A DNA stretch of 64,000 bases from Schmidtea nova. Lineage: Eukaryota. Below the pieces are notes generated by a model. It saw only the letters and a program-made list of their open reading frames with translations. It was not told the origin of the DNA and made no database searches. The DNA is taken from positions 357,926,001 to 357,990,000 of the forward strand of contig CM097883.1 of the NCBI GenBank assembly GCA_044892505.1, written 5' to 3'. The translations under genes and the position numbers were made by a program. Of this stretch, positions 1-12,545 are shown in pieces (position 1 is the stretch's first letter; every line of letters begins with the position of its first letter).

Positions 1-3000
1 GTGCAAGCGGCCATTTACCGAAATTCTATCTACATTAAAATATTAATTACATTTTTAAATTAGAAAACAGTCGTAACAAATGAAAATGGTTTGTAAATAA
101 TTTATATTTCTTGAAATATTTATTTTTAAATATTAAACGAGGGGGGTAACTAGGACCATTTTATAATCTTATATAATTAAAAAAAGCTCGAAATAAAATA
201 AAAAGCTCAAAAACTAAATGCAAATCAATACAAAAATGGAAAATTCAAAAAGTAATAATTTAGATGCAAAATTGATTAAAAATCTGAAAAAATTAAAATT
301 AAATATTTTAAGGGAAACTGGTATGGGCGGATGCCAAATGATAAGACAAATTCAAATATTATAATATGAAATCAAAGGGTCCCCAGAAATAAATATTAGG
401 AAAATATAAACAGTTGGGTTGATAGAGCCAACCTTTACAACATGAATCTACATAATAAGGTCAGATAATTAAATTAAATAGACGCTAATGAGAAAACTAA
501 ATAATAAATACATAAGGAAAAAGGAAAAGAATTAATAATGTAGGGTTATTAATGAGTAGTCAGAAGTAGCTGACTCCTGTGTTCTCTTTTTATCACGACA
601 ATAAATTAGACCCAACACAATAATTTTTATTTTTCGATTTAATAACAACACTTTAAATCACAGAAAGTTACAAACGTTCTGCACTCTGTGATAGGGTAGA
701 ACACCCAATGGGATATCTCCTTTTCTGGTACGCAGTAAATTGATAGATCGATACTTTATAACTTTTAATTACTGTTTCTGTTGTCCTTTCTACGTTCGGA
801 TTTCTTGCTTAACTCTTTGTATTTTTTTCTTCGACCACCTGGCAATATCGGCAACTTGTCCGCAGTTTATATACTGCCTTTTCCTGTCATCCTGTCGCCT
901 TAATTGGATCTGTCGAAAATAAAATAATTAGATTGGTTTGGCCGCTGCCTAATTGAATTTTGCTGACAATGGGTTTGCGACTTTTCCCGAGGCATCTTTA
1001 CTCATCCAATTTATTTGGATAATTAAATAATTTTGTTGATGCTCCGGGTTTCCCACAGCGCTCGGATTTCATATTAGGCGATTAATTTATATTTAATTAA
1101 TTTATATTTTCTTAATATTTATTTCTATGGGTCCCTTTTTAATTTTATATACCCATACTTGAATTCGTCTCATCATTTGGCATCCTCCCATACCAGTTTC
1201 TCCCGTTGAATCTTTATTTTTGAATTTTATAAATTTTTAATTAATGTTTGCACTTTTTTAATTTTTCCAATATTCGTATTTTTATCGATTTGCACATAGT
1301 TTTTGTGCTTTTTAATTTTTTATTTCAAGTCTGTTCAGCCAACCCCAACTATAATATCATAGTAAATTAACGTTCAAAGAAAAAATAATAGTGAAATAAA
1401 ATGGAGAACAACCAAGAAAGAAATGAATTAAAAGAATGAGATAATATTAAATTAGAAATAAAAATGATTAATAAAATACTAAATTGAGAAAAATCTAAAT
1501 CACTGAAACTATAAAACAAATTTAATTGTTTTAAAAACAAAATGATAAAACTCACCAATAGCGGGGGAGGAACTGTTTTGATTGGCTAGCTCAATTACCA
1601 AATAAAGAGCTAGCCAAATCAGTTCGATAATGGTTTTCATCTGGTTTTTCAATTTTTTTCTTTAAATCTGACCTTTGCACAATATGAACATAGAACTGTG
1701 GAAAAATAAAGTAATTTTTTTTGAATTTTATTTTATTTAATATTGATGATTTTGGATAAACCATCATGTTCTTTTCTTCACTAATCAATAAATAAAAGGT
1801 TTTCGGAACTTGGAGGTTAACCAACCACCATTTCCTAACGGGTGAAAAACTAGGTTCACAGAGGTGAATCTGGGTTTCCAATCGTTTCTCTGAAAAGTAA
1901 TCGAATATATTTTTCTGAAGTTTGGGTGGCTCACCAGTCTCCTAATTTCTAAGAGGTGGAAGACCTCAATTCACAAGGGTGAGCTAGACGTCGGATACCG
2001 CGGTCCTGAGCGCAGACAGGGAATACCAATTTTGTCAGGGTCATTCTAAAATAATAAGATAAAAAAGATGAGGTGGCAAAATCCATAAATTACGAGTGAT
2101 GGCATAGACAGATGATTCGAGTTTCCTATAATAAAGCGTACAAATAACGTAAACTCTTAGTGGGACAGTGATACCTTAAAAATGATTCAACCCTGATGTT
2201 CAAGCTAATATCAGAATTTTTAATGGATTAAGGGGACAAGCAAGAGTCAGAATCGCTACGTTCATTAACCAACTCCATCACGAATAGTATCCAGTGGTAA
2301 AGTTGACAACCATTTATTAATCATTCCACACTTGAGCAAGTTTCTATAGAAACCCGACGTACATCGAAAATTAACATAACTATCAACTGCACTGAGAGAG
2401 AGTGCGCATAATAAAACGGTATAAGTAGAATTATCAATTTGCATCAAGAAAGAGACCGCATAATTAATTCAAACTCGCTAAACGGAATAAATTATTGAAA
2501 CAATAGATCAAGTTTAACGGAAAGAGATATCCTAATTGAAAATAAACTTCTCGTAATAGGTAAAGTACCTATGGACGACAACTTATGTGACGCCGAAAGG
2601 AAGGAGATTTTGGGGGAAGTTGTGAGGATTGCCAACTATATTCCCAGCTTACTGATATATAATCGGGATACCCCGCAATGAATAAAGGGAATACAAAAGG
2701 ATAGGCTAACAGAGAGGATATTGCGAAATCATGAAGAGGATAATACTCTTTAGTGGGCCGGATGTATAAACTGTGTGGCATGGCAGCCACAATTGGCCAA
2801 TTAATAAAGAAGTCGATTACCACAGCCTTCCTTCATACTTCTAAGTAATCCCCAGTAAAATAGATGGCTTCTGGGAGATTCACACAAATGGGAAGATCCT
2901 TCAAGACGAATTGGTCAGAATCGGATGTCTCCTAATCCCAGATCAGCGACCTCAAGGCCAGAAAAATTGACTGCATTCGTCTAATTGAATATGATGTCTG

Positions 3001-5177
3001 TTTTTAATTAAAAATCTTTGTTTTCTCTCGTTCTTGAAAACTTTTCTTTGTTGTCAGACGTTCATAGAGATAGAGGGTTTAGATCCCTTGGTAATAAGTA
3101 AAGGGGGGAAGAATCGAACTAAGCGAGCTTATCAAAGAATTTAAACAAGAAAAAAGTTGTAGTATCTTGAATTGTATAATTTTAATTCTAGTGACTACAA
3201 TAAGGGAAAAGAATCTACGACTATGCAAGTGTGCGAAGCAAGAAACAGCTTGGGAGCAAATTAAAGAAGAGAATCATAGAGCTGGAGAGTTTGTATTTCT
3301 CCTCAGTCCAAATGAAAGATGCCCAAGTTAAAATTGAAAGACTCCTACTGGCGAACGAAGAGCTAAAACTAGAGTTGTGAGCCACTCGAATAGAATTAAA
3401 GCAGCTTTGGAAAGGGCATGAATCATGACTTTATCGAGAGAGAGTTGAGGGGAAAATAAAATGTCTTATCTTGGTAAAGTGTAATGAGCTTTATCCAACA
3501 CTATCTCCAGCAGAACAAGCAACTACTGAGATAACCCAATCATTACCGATCAAACAAAAACGTCAGAAACCCGAATCTTAGATGAATTAATTATTTTTAG
3601 GTAAATTTATTGAGAGACGCCGGCCAGTAATAGCATAATAATCGGGAAATATATTCAATTAGAAATAATCATGAAAAGAAGAAACAAATTCATTATTCTC
3701 GCCAGTTTGTCGATGAGATATTCGAGTAAATTCAGAATTAAAGAAGAGATAAGAAATAGGCAGTGTAGAGAAGATACTATCACTCAATCAAATCACATTT
3801 TTGCACCAGAAAGAGCATTTCCCGTTTGGATATTTACCTTATAGCAGCAAAAAGTGTAGACAAAAGAATGTTATTGACAAGTGTAAATTCAGCTCTAAAT
3901 TAAATAAAAATCTTTGCGTTGGGGGATTTTGATTGATTTAAATAAGAACACGAGGAGTCAGAAATTAATACCGACTTGAAATAAAACCCAATAATAGTAA
4001 TGTTGACCACCTTGTCTAATAAATTATATATTTGTTGAGAATGTAAAAATTAAAATTATGCAAAGGAAATTAATTAAAATAGCACTCGTTTATCCGTCGG
4101 CCTCGGTCTCCTAGGGAAAGGGGTGGATTAATAAACCGACAATCTACTATGTTATTTCAAAACTCGGAATACAGTATTCATTTCACCCTTTCGCCTCCGG
4201 CCAATTATGTTGCATATACAACTATAATATCCAACTATAAATGCACATTCCCAAAATGTGCAATCGAAGTGACAGCATTTGTCATAAATGAATGTTAGTG
4301 CTTGAAGTCTGTTAATCTTGTTTGTCTTTGTTTTTACACTTGTAGAACATGTTCATGACGTAAAACAGCTTCGACAAGACTAAACGCGTTCATTGCTTAA
4401 CTCATACTCTAAAGAGAATTGAAGAAGAAGAATAGTGTCAGCAGGTTAGACAGTAGTGGTAGGTTCAATTGGCTGGTGATCCACATCATCATCCTTTGTG
4501 TCATGCTCTTTATTGGGTAATAATTGTTTCTAAATCTCTTCGCCTGTTATCTGGTCATAAAGTGTATTGAGGATATTGAAGCACCTCCAGCTATTGATAA
4601 TTGAAGACGCCTTCACCTTTGCCCATGGTTTGGTAAGCAAGTACAAGGCTTCCTTGGTGGTAATCTTCAAATAAGAACGGTTTTTCAACGAGGTGAATAT
4701 ATATTTTGATTTAATATTTTTCTGTTTCGTTTTACGAAATATGTATTAGGCTTATAAAAATAATAATTGAATTGCACATTCATTATTATGCGGCAGACAA
4801 AAATGGTAGAAAATAAGTAAAGCATACAATAATAATAACTGCCGAAAAATAATCAAAATATTATTTATTATGAGTTTTAGATGACAACTACGATCATTGA
4901 GAGCAATGTTAATTATATGGACTACACAAAATTGCCAGTAAGTTGGCCGGAAACGGGTGAGAGATAAATGAATAAATGAGAATTAATTTGGATGATTATT
5001 AGTGAGGGGAAAGGTATTGTGAAGCAATCAGGTTAAAGTGACAAATTAAAAGGGGCAGTTATCCTTTGGATAGACATATCCTGAATCAGAATTGTATCAA
5101 TTATATAGAAAATAATTGAGCGCTTAGTACGAGGAGTCTGACGAATTAAAGTATTATCTTGTCAGTTGAATAACATT

Positions 5178-5203
5178 TAAAACATTTATTATTGTTATTA
5201 TTA

Positions 5204-5277
<74 letters not shown>
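5178..5277. repeat. (ATT)n microsatellite
   Basis: Direct reading of a long ATT/TTA run. Confidence 0.95.
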
Positions 5278-5279
<2 letters not shown>

Positions 5280-5452
5280 ATAAATTAATAGTTAACAAAA
5301 TAAGCCTTTGCTACAAAATAATATTTATTAATGGAAAATTTTCGATTATAAAATAATCGTCATCGATGAGGATTAATTTATAATCGAAAATTTTCCATTA
5401 ATAAATATTTTTTTGCAGCAAAGGCTTATTTTAATATCTATTAATTTATTTA
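5277..5452. repeat. ~175-bp near-perfect foldback (palindromic) element
   Basis: aataagcctttgctacaaaataatatttattaatggaaaattttcgattataaa is mirrored by tttataatcgaaaattttccattaataaatatttttttgcagcaaaggcttatt; a shorter relative lies at ~50210-50327. Confidence 0.85.
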
Positions 5453-5949
5453 ATACTTAAAGCTGTTACCNNNNNNNNNNNNNNNNNNNNNNNNNNNNNN
5501 NNNNNNNNNNNNNNNNNNNNNNNNNNNNNNNNNNNNNNNNNNNNNNNNNNNNNNNNNNNNNNNNNNNNNNNNNNNNNNNNNNNNNNNNNNNNNNNNNNNN
5601 NNNNNNNNNNNNNNNNNNNNNNNNNNNNNNNNNNNNNNNNNNNNNNNNNNNNNNNNNNNNNNNNNNNNNNNNNNNNNNNNNNNNNNNNNNNNNNNNNNNN
5701 NNNNNNNNNNNNNNNNNNNNNNNNNNNNNNNNNNNNNNNAATCATGTTTGTAACTGTCAATACTCCAACTATCTAAGTCTCTGTCCACGCTGTGTTGTCT
5801 TTTATGATTCTGAAAGAACAACTGGTATCATTTTTTTTATTTTGAATATTTAGGTCTAAATAATTATTGCTCAATCAACCGCGTTAAGGATCTGTGACCT
5901 TTAAAAAATTAATGCTAAAAACAAATTATAAATTCAACATTAGATTTTA

Positions 5950-6270
5950 GTGGTAACCAAATAATATATTTTGTTCATTTATCCCAGGTTCAAACTAGAC
6001 TAATACAATGCCAACTTGATAATATCAATCTAAATTTGCCAGATTATTCATAAATATTACCGGATAACCATAAAGTTGCAAAACACCAATCTGACAGATT
6101 TTTAGTTAGAATTTTAATTAAAATTTATGATAAAAAATGTAAGAGAAAGATTGGTATGTCTAATAATCATTATGAACGCATCATACGTGAAGCGTTGTTG
6201 ATAAGATCTTTGAATCCAAACGTTCATGTACAGAATGTGATGAACATGTGTATTCTGAATGTTTTTAAAT
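5950..6270 (+). mobile_element. Decayed Penelope-like element, GIY-YIG endonuclease C-terminal remnant
   Basis: Hand translation gives DNHKVAKH and SNNHYERIIREALLIRSLNPNVHVQN, resembling the PLE endonuclease tail (R..E...I....P.LN.Q); a hammerhead-like motif follows at 6540. Confidence 0.4.
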
Positions 6271-8769
6271 AGTTTTGATGTTTGTGTGGCTATGTTATCT
6301 TAATTAAGTTGATTAATAAAATTAGTTTTGTTGAAATTAAATAAATAATATTTTTTTTAAATTTAAAAAATTTACTAATAATTATAATTTCATTAATCAT
6401 TTTAAAAAAATTATTTTCCGATTCAATTTTAATAAATTACAAATATACTTATAAAATAATATTTAAAATTTATGTAATTATATTTTATGATCCATTTTAA
6501 TAAATTGAATTGTACATAGTATTTTTAGATGTCTATTGTCTGAAGATGACAGGGAGTCAGTACGAAGGTTATATGAGTGGCGATTGTTCATTAATTATAT
6601 TTTTACCCTGTTTTTTTAAGTATTTAAAATAATATTAATAATTATTTTAATAAAATCGACTTAATTTTTTATAGTTTGCTTGACAAATAAAAGATTTGAG
6701 ACCATTTTTGGTTTTGTGTTATATATTAATTTAAGAATTATAATTATTAATAATATTAAGAATTATATATTAATTTACATTTCGCCTACTCCAGTCGTTC
6801 TAATTTGTTTTTATTCTTAGTTATTGAATGAGTGACAAAGATGGGGGGATTTATATTTATTTCTCTGTAATTGGAAAATGTAAGTGTGGCGAAAAGTGCA
6901 AATTTGGTCAGCTTCTCAATATAATTCCTAATTATATGATTTCGGTAAAAATCGTTCGGAAATTCGTCTGTTTGCAGACTTGGAGATTCGTGCTATCTGA
7001 CTTCAAAAAGCTCCACTTGAATCTATAGAAAATGAGTAAACTAAATGTCAGATTGTGGTGATCACAGATTCACAAAGTCGTTAAAAATTAAATTAAAAAA
7101 ATAACTATGCGCATATAACAGTGAAAAAACAACTTTGTTTATATATAGGAATCTGTTTTATTTTAAATAAAACACTTTAACATGTACGTGTTTATTTTAT
7201 TTTACTATCAATTAATTAATACGATGGATATTATTTTGTTATTAAATTCATGCAATGATTTTTCGAATTTATTAACATTCCAAATTTCAATGCTTCAACA
7301 TGAACGTTCACAGTTTCAATAATGCCCACATCCATAATCAATATCTACGAAGTGATTATATTTTTTCAACTCATCTTTAATGTTTTTCATTTTCTTTTTT
7401 TAATGAAAAGTGTTTTAATTGATAATTTAATAATTATTATCTAAATTTTTATTTATATCGATAATTATCATAATTGTATGACTAAATCAAAATTTTTGAT
7501 TGTTAAGTACACAATATTTTGGCACAGTTTATATTAACTTTGAATTTCACACTTGATAAATGCTGTGCCGAAATACCGTGTACTTACCAACCAAAAACGT
7601 TTGATCTCTAGTCATACAATTATGAAAATTATTGATATAAATAAAAAGAGATCAAATGTGAAACCAAAAGATAATTATGATAAATTTTTATTATTGAGGG
7701 GTTCTGTGATATCTAGCAAGTCTTATCGGTGTTGTAATAAATTAGATGAATTCGAAGTTTTAAAAATTTTATTTCATGAAAACAAAATTGTTAACCATTT
7801 CCTCCGAAACCTTAATAGTGAAGCGAATGTGATTAATATCACCATTGACACAGCACTAATGATCCCCGAGATAACTACCCAAAAATTCCAGAAATAATCT
7901 AAAAAATGAGATCTTTAGTAATTTTAATACAAAATAATAAATCAGACATTATACCTTTACATTTTTATGGTCTCGGAAGCCCCTTTGGCCTGACCACTAT
8001 AATAATATAACTATCAAAGTAGAAGGCTAAGAACTTAGGTATTACATATGCAAGGTAGGGTGCCGTTCTATTTCATGAAATTTCTAATCATTATTTAAAA
8101 TTATTTAATAAAACAATCTAAGATTCCTGGTTTAAAAATGTTTCAAATATTTGCCCCGTGTATTAATTAAATGGGATTCTAAAAAAGAAACACACTTTTT
8201 TTAGATTAAAATTCGTGTCCTTGAAATTAACAAACAATGTTAATTTATAGTCTTTATATAAAAAAAATTACGATCAAATGTGAATGAGGTCACAGGTGAA
8301 AAATATTAAAGATGTCAATGATACTTTTTCCATCAATTCACTTTTGGGAATATAAATGGTTATAATATTCATCTACTTAAAAATACAACCTTGATAAAGC
8401 ACCAATGGACCAATTTTTATAGCAACAAGACTGCAGCTTTTTATTTAGAAATGAAAATTAAAGAAGCAATAAAAAATTTAGAAAGAACGAAATTATTTTG
8501 AGTCAATTTCCTATGAAACAACAATAAAATCTAATTTAAATAAAAAGAAGAATTTAATTAAAAGATTTAATTACTTTGTGAAAAAATGTTTAAAAAAATT
8601 ATTTTGATATTTGAAAAACAATTTGATTTAATCGTTTGTTTAAAATTGTAAATTAAATAAATTATATTTTGGTGAAATCTTGAATTATTTAAAATTGTGA
8701 ACAAAATTTTAATTTTCAAATTTATATTCCTCTTTTATGCCCGAAGAATTTGATAAAAAAGGAACCCAT

Positions 8770-9270
8770 ATTTTTGTTATCGCATTTATTTTTATACACA
8801 AAGCAAGAATTTAATACTGGAAAATAAAATTCATTTTAATTAAATTTATCTTAAGAAATTTCAATTTTTTTAATAAAATTTTAAATTAACTATATATTAA
8901 AAAATAATTTAACTGATAAAAATAATTTTAAAAATTAATTGTTTAGTTGGTAGAAGGGAAGTGAAAATTTTCTTTTAAAGAATCGAAAATTAAATACTCA
9001 AAAAAAGGAACCCATAAAAACAAGTTTTTAATGTAACTATCTTTTTCTCATGTTCTCGGTTAATTTTATTGTTGTTTCATTGTTTGGTAGTTTCTTGCCA
9101 ACAGTAAATTGAAAAATCACATTTTTCAACTTTTCAATGGAATAATTTGTGGGCCACTACGAGTCTGCTCGCAAATTTTCAGATCGATTGGATATCGGGA
9201 AGTGGGTTAAAAATCGATCCAAAGTTTGACAAGAAAACAAACAGAAATTAGAAGTTAAAAGAAAGAGTTA
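8770..9270 (+). repeat. Dispersed non-autonomous repeat (DINE-1/HINE-like appearance)
   Basis: 8770-8990 recurs at ~56158-56375; 9000-9265 recurs at ~12865-13147; a related inverted core occurs at ~61905-61950. Class assignment is inference only. Confidence 0.7.
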
Positions 9271-9271
9271 A

Positions 9272-9680
9272 AAACTAAAGGAAATTTAGCTCTAAAAAGT
9301 AGCAAGATCCAAGAAGCGATTTACAACAGATTCACTGGCTATTGTAAAATTAATCTTTATAAAGAAGCATTACATGATGCTGAAGAATGTATTTGATTAC
9401 GGTCCAATTGGTCTAAGAGAAACTGAAGGAAGGCAGCTGCTCTTGTATTTATGAATAGAGCTATTCATAGTGAAGATCAACGTGGAATATCGTTAGCTTC
9501 AACTTTAAATGATCCTAATTTCCTGAAAAAGTTGAGAAACCATACAAACCTTTATCTTAAATGGAAATGATGAAAAGCGATCCAAAACATTTAAATATGA
9601 TATTACAAGATCCACAAATATTGGCTGTTATTATGAATACGGAACTGGGAAATACTGAAATTAAACCACAAAATTAGGAA
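9272..9680 (+). pseudogene. STIP1: STIP1/Hop pseudogene fragment (TPR1 and DP1 regions)
   Basis: Translates KTKGNLALKSSKIQEAI-YNRFTGYCKINLYKEALHDAEECI*LRSNWSKRN*RKAAALVFMNR...NDPNFLKKL...MKSDPKHLNMILQDPQILAVI, matching remembered animal STIP1 (KEKGNKAL...NRSAAY...W.KGYSRKAAALEFLNR...LQDPRI); has stops and internal deletions. Confidence 0.8.
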
Positions 9681-10519
9681 ACAAATACAATCATTTTTCT
9701 TAACTTTCATCCTTTCGCTTCTATATCATAAATATTAAATGTTTTTTATCAATATAATTTTCATTTTTTTAGACTTGTTCAATCTTTTAAAAATAATACA
9801 AGAATTTTTGATACAGTCTTTTTCATAATCATATTTCATAAAAAAGGCTGTGTCGAAAATGTGTATACTTTTTTTGAAAAAAAAATTAATCTAGTCTTGC
9901 AAAAAATAAAATTTTCTGGAATGGGAAAGGAATTATCAGATGATTTGAATCGCAATATATCATTGGGGGGGGGGGGCATTCGTAAGAATGAATAAAGATG
10001 AGGCGCAATTATGTTTAGATTTTTGGTCGTTGAATAAAGTTTCTGCAAGGAAAGCATTTGTGATGTCAAAAATTGAGAAAGGAAATGTTAAATATTAAAA
10101 ATAAAGAATAATTAAAATTAAAATGATTTTTGAAATAATAACAGGGAGGAAAGAATATAAAATTGGAATATAAAATCATCAGCCATACAAAAAAGAGTAT
10201 AGGAAATGAGAAGAAATAAAAGAAAATCGCTAAACTTAGACAATAAAGTAAATATGCAAAACAAGATGGTGACAATGTACTAATTAATTAATAATTATTA
10301 ATTAATTAGTACATAAAGGAGGTGCAAACAAAAACAGAAAATAATTTCAAAAGCTCATCATAAATGTAATCAAAGGACGAGAGTATGATGTAGATCTTGT
10401 AGGAAGAGATAGTCAAGATTTCAGCGACAACTCAAAAATAAAAATATCAAATTGTAAATGTTTTATTTTTAATATTTTCATTAAATCGAATGCGAAAGTT
10501 CTATGTATTTCCCTTATGT

Positions 10520-11514
10520 AAGTTGTGTCACATTTTAGGCAGATGAGTTTTATAAACTATATTTTTTGGAAAAGCAAAAACATCTAATAGAGTTATTAGG
10601 CGTTGGTTTAAAAATTTTGATGACGGAGAAATTGATATTGAAAATATGCATCGTGATAGACCCAATATCAAGCTGTCAGGGGAAGATTTACATGAAGCTG
10701 TTGCTCAAAATTCAACAAAGTCTATTCGGGAACATTCAGTAAATCTGTTTGTCTCAAAAAACAACCATTCATGACATTTTAACGACAATTGGTATGGTCA
10801 AAAAGCTTCAAAATAGGTCCAACGTGAATTGTCTGAATTGCAGAAATTAAGGAGATTACAAACTTGCTTATCTCTTCAAGCACGACATCGAAAGTCATAT
10901 GATAATTGTAAGCGGTCAGGAAAATGTTGGATAAACTTCAATGTCCAAATCAGTTTCCAAAACTGGAACTTCGCCAAAAGAAAGTCATTCTCTCAGTCTG
11001 GTGGTCTAAGTATGGTGTAATACATTATCGTTTTCTGAAAATGGGTACAACAATCAATTCTGAACGATACTGTGTAGAACTTGAAAATAATGCATGAAAA
11101 ACTCACCATTAATCACATTGCAATTGTTAATAGAAAAGTTCCAATTATCCTGCATGATAACGCCAGACGTCACGTATCAAAAGTCAGTGTAAAATAATTA
11201 CAACTAAGGATATCAACTTTTAACGCATTCGCCTTACTCATCCGATTTATCACAAACTGATTTCCACTTATTAAGACATTTAAGTCTTTATATCAACGGC
11301 AGGAAGTTCAAAGATTTGGGGGAGATAAAATCGACAGTTATCACTTTCTTGAACTTCAGAAATGAGACTTTTTTAATGAAGGAATAGAAAAGCTCCTGCA
11401 ATCATGACAAGAGTGTATTAATGTTGATGGATCATATTTTGATTAAATAATAAATGTTTATACGCCTTTTGAATTATAATCCATTTAGCGGACATTTAAT
11501 TCCGGACAACCTAA
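10520..11514 (+). mobile_element. Degenerate mariner (D,D34D) transposon
   Basis: Fragments RRWFKNFDDGEIDIENMHRDRP (HTH), K*VQREL (WVPHEL-like), ILHDNARRH and PYSSDLSQTDFHL (YSPDLAP-like); 3' TIR-like ttccggacaacctaa followed by TA. Confidence 0.85.
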
Positions 11515-11677
11515 TAGCATTTATGCATACAAATCAACAGTTATTTCATTTAAAATTTTTACGTTTTATAAGAAAATTCTAAATATTTAAACAAAATTAA
11601 GTCATTATTTTGATTATTTGAAATTGAAATTTTTAATTTTATCTAAAATATTATTTTGAAATCCTAGGGAAAAGTAC

Positions 11678-11740
11678 CTTTATCTATGTCTGTTTTTGTA
11701 AACCGTTGAAGTACGACCAAATCTTTTCTTAATTGGAAAT
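11678..11740 (-). CDS. Predicted 63-nt mini-exon after A1 (DFQLRKDLVVLQRFTKTDIDK)
   Basis: 41-nt GT..AG intron followed by an open phase 1-1 exon ending AAG|GTACTT. Confidence 0.5.
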
Positions 11741-11781
11741 CTTAATAAAACGTAAAATTAAATATAAATTGGAAATAATAC

Positions 11782-12282
11782 CTGGAATGTAGAAATAATC
11801 CGCAATATGTATTTTATCTATCGCAGAACATAAATGAGATTCTCTATGTAAACTGTAATAATAATATTCTTGCGTAGTCCTCCACGAACTGAGAAGTGAG
11901 CAGTTTTGACAGACTTCTGGCATGAGGCATTCAGTTGAATACATTTTTGTGAAAGGAGAGGGTTTATAAATTATTTTCCTACATTTGAACATTGAACATT
12001 CGATTTCTGCGTGAGGATTCCAAAATGTATAATAATACGATTTTTTCTGTTCCATAGAGCAATTAAAAGTTTTTCTATTTAAAACAAAATTTCCGTTTGA
12101 TTGTAGCAAAGTCCAATTTCCTTTATACGAGCAATTTCTGCATGACTCTGGATGATAACAGTTGCTATGAGAGGTCTTTACTAAACCGTATCTTATCCCG
12201 TCAAAATAGAGCTTATAACTGTAAATTGCACATATTTCATATTTGCAAGTGATATCAAATCTTTCTTGTACCAATTTTTTGT
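11782..12282 (-). CDS. Cys-rich paralog A1: 501-nt phase 1-1 exon encoding two 6-Cys domains
   Basis: Open frame with 12 aligned Cys; ttaag acceptor at 12284-12283 and CAG|GTATT donor at 11781; homologous to A2, A3, B1 and B2. Confidence 0.75.
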
Positions 12283-12472
12283 CTTAAAATAAATAAATAA
12301 CAACTTCCAAAGTATATTGAATATCAAATTTTTACAATTGTAAAGTTTCAACGACAATAAGCAATAATTAATAGTTTGATTATCCTTGCCATTTTGTATC
12401 GAAACCTTGTGAGATGAAATAATAATCACCTCAATAAAATCTCGTTTTGATGTCACTTATTGTTGCTCTAAG

Positions 12473-12545
12473 TCAGGTGTGTCAAACCCGGCCGCCCAGG
12501 ACGGCTTTGAATGCGACCCAACAAAAGTCATATACTTAAAAACTT
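12473..12545 (+). mobile_element. Truncated hAT (Buster/Charlie-type) MITE terminus
   Basis: caggtgtgtcaaacccggccgcc resembles CAGGGGTGTCCAAAC-type termini. Confidence 0.45.

Noticed and set aside
7270-7390. Minus-strand DIDYGCG resembling methyltransferase motif I
   Set aside because: It is a short match interrupted by stops, with no further motifs.
10066-10275. Hydrophobic minus-strand ORF as the transmembrane exon of the Cys-rich gene
   Set aside because: T-rich DNA gives hydrophobic text in several frames, and the nearest acceptor does not match phase 1.
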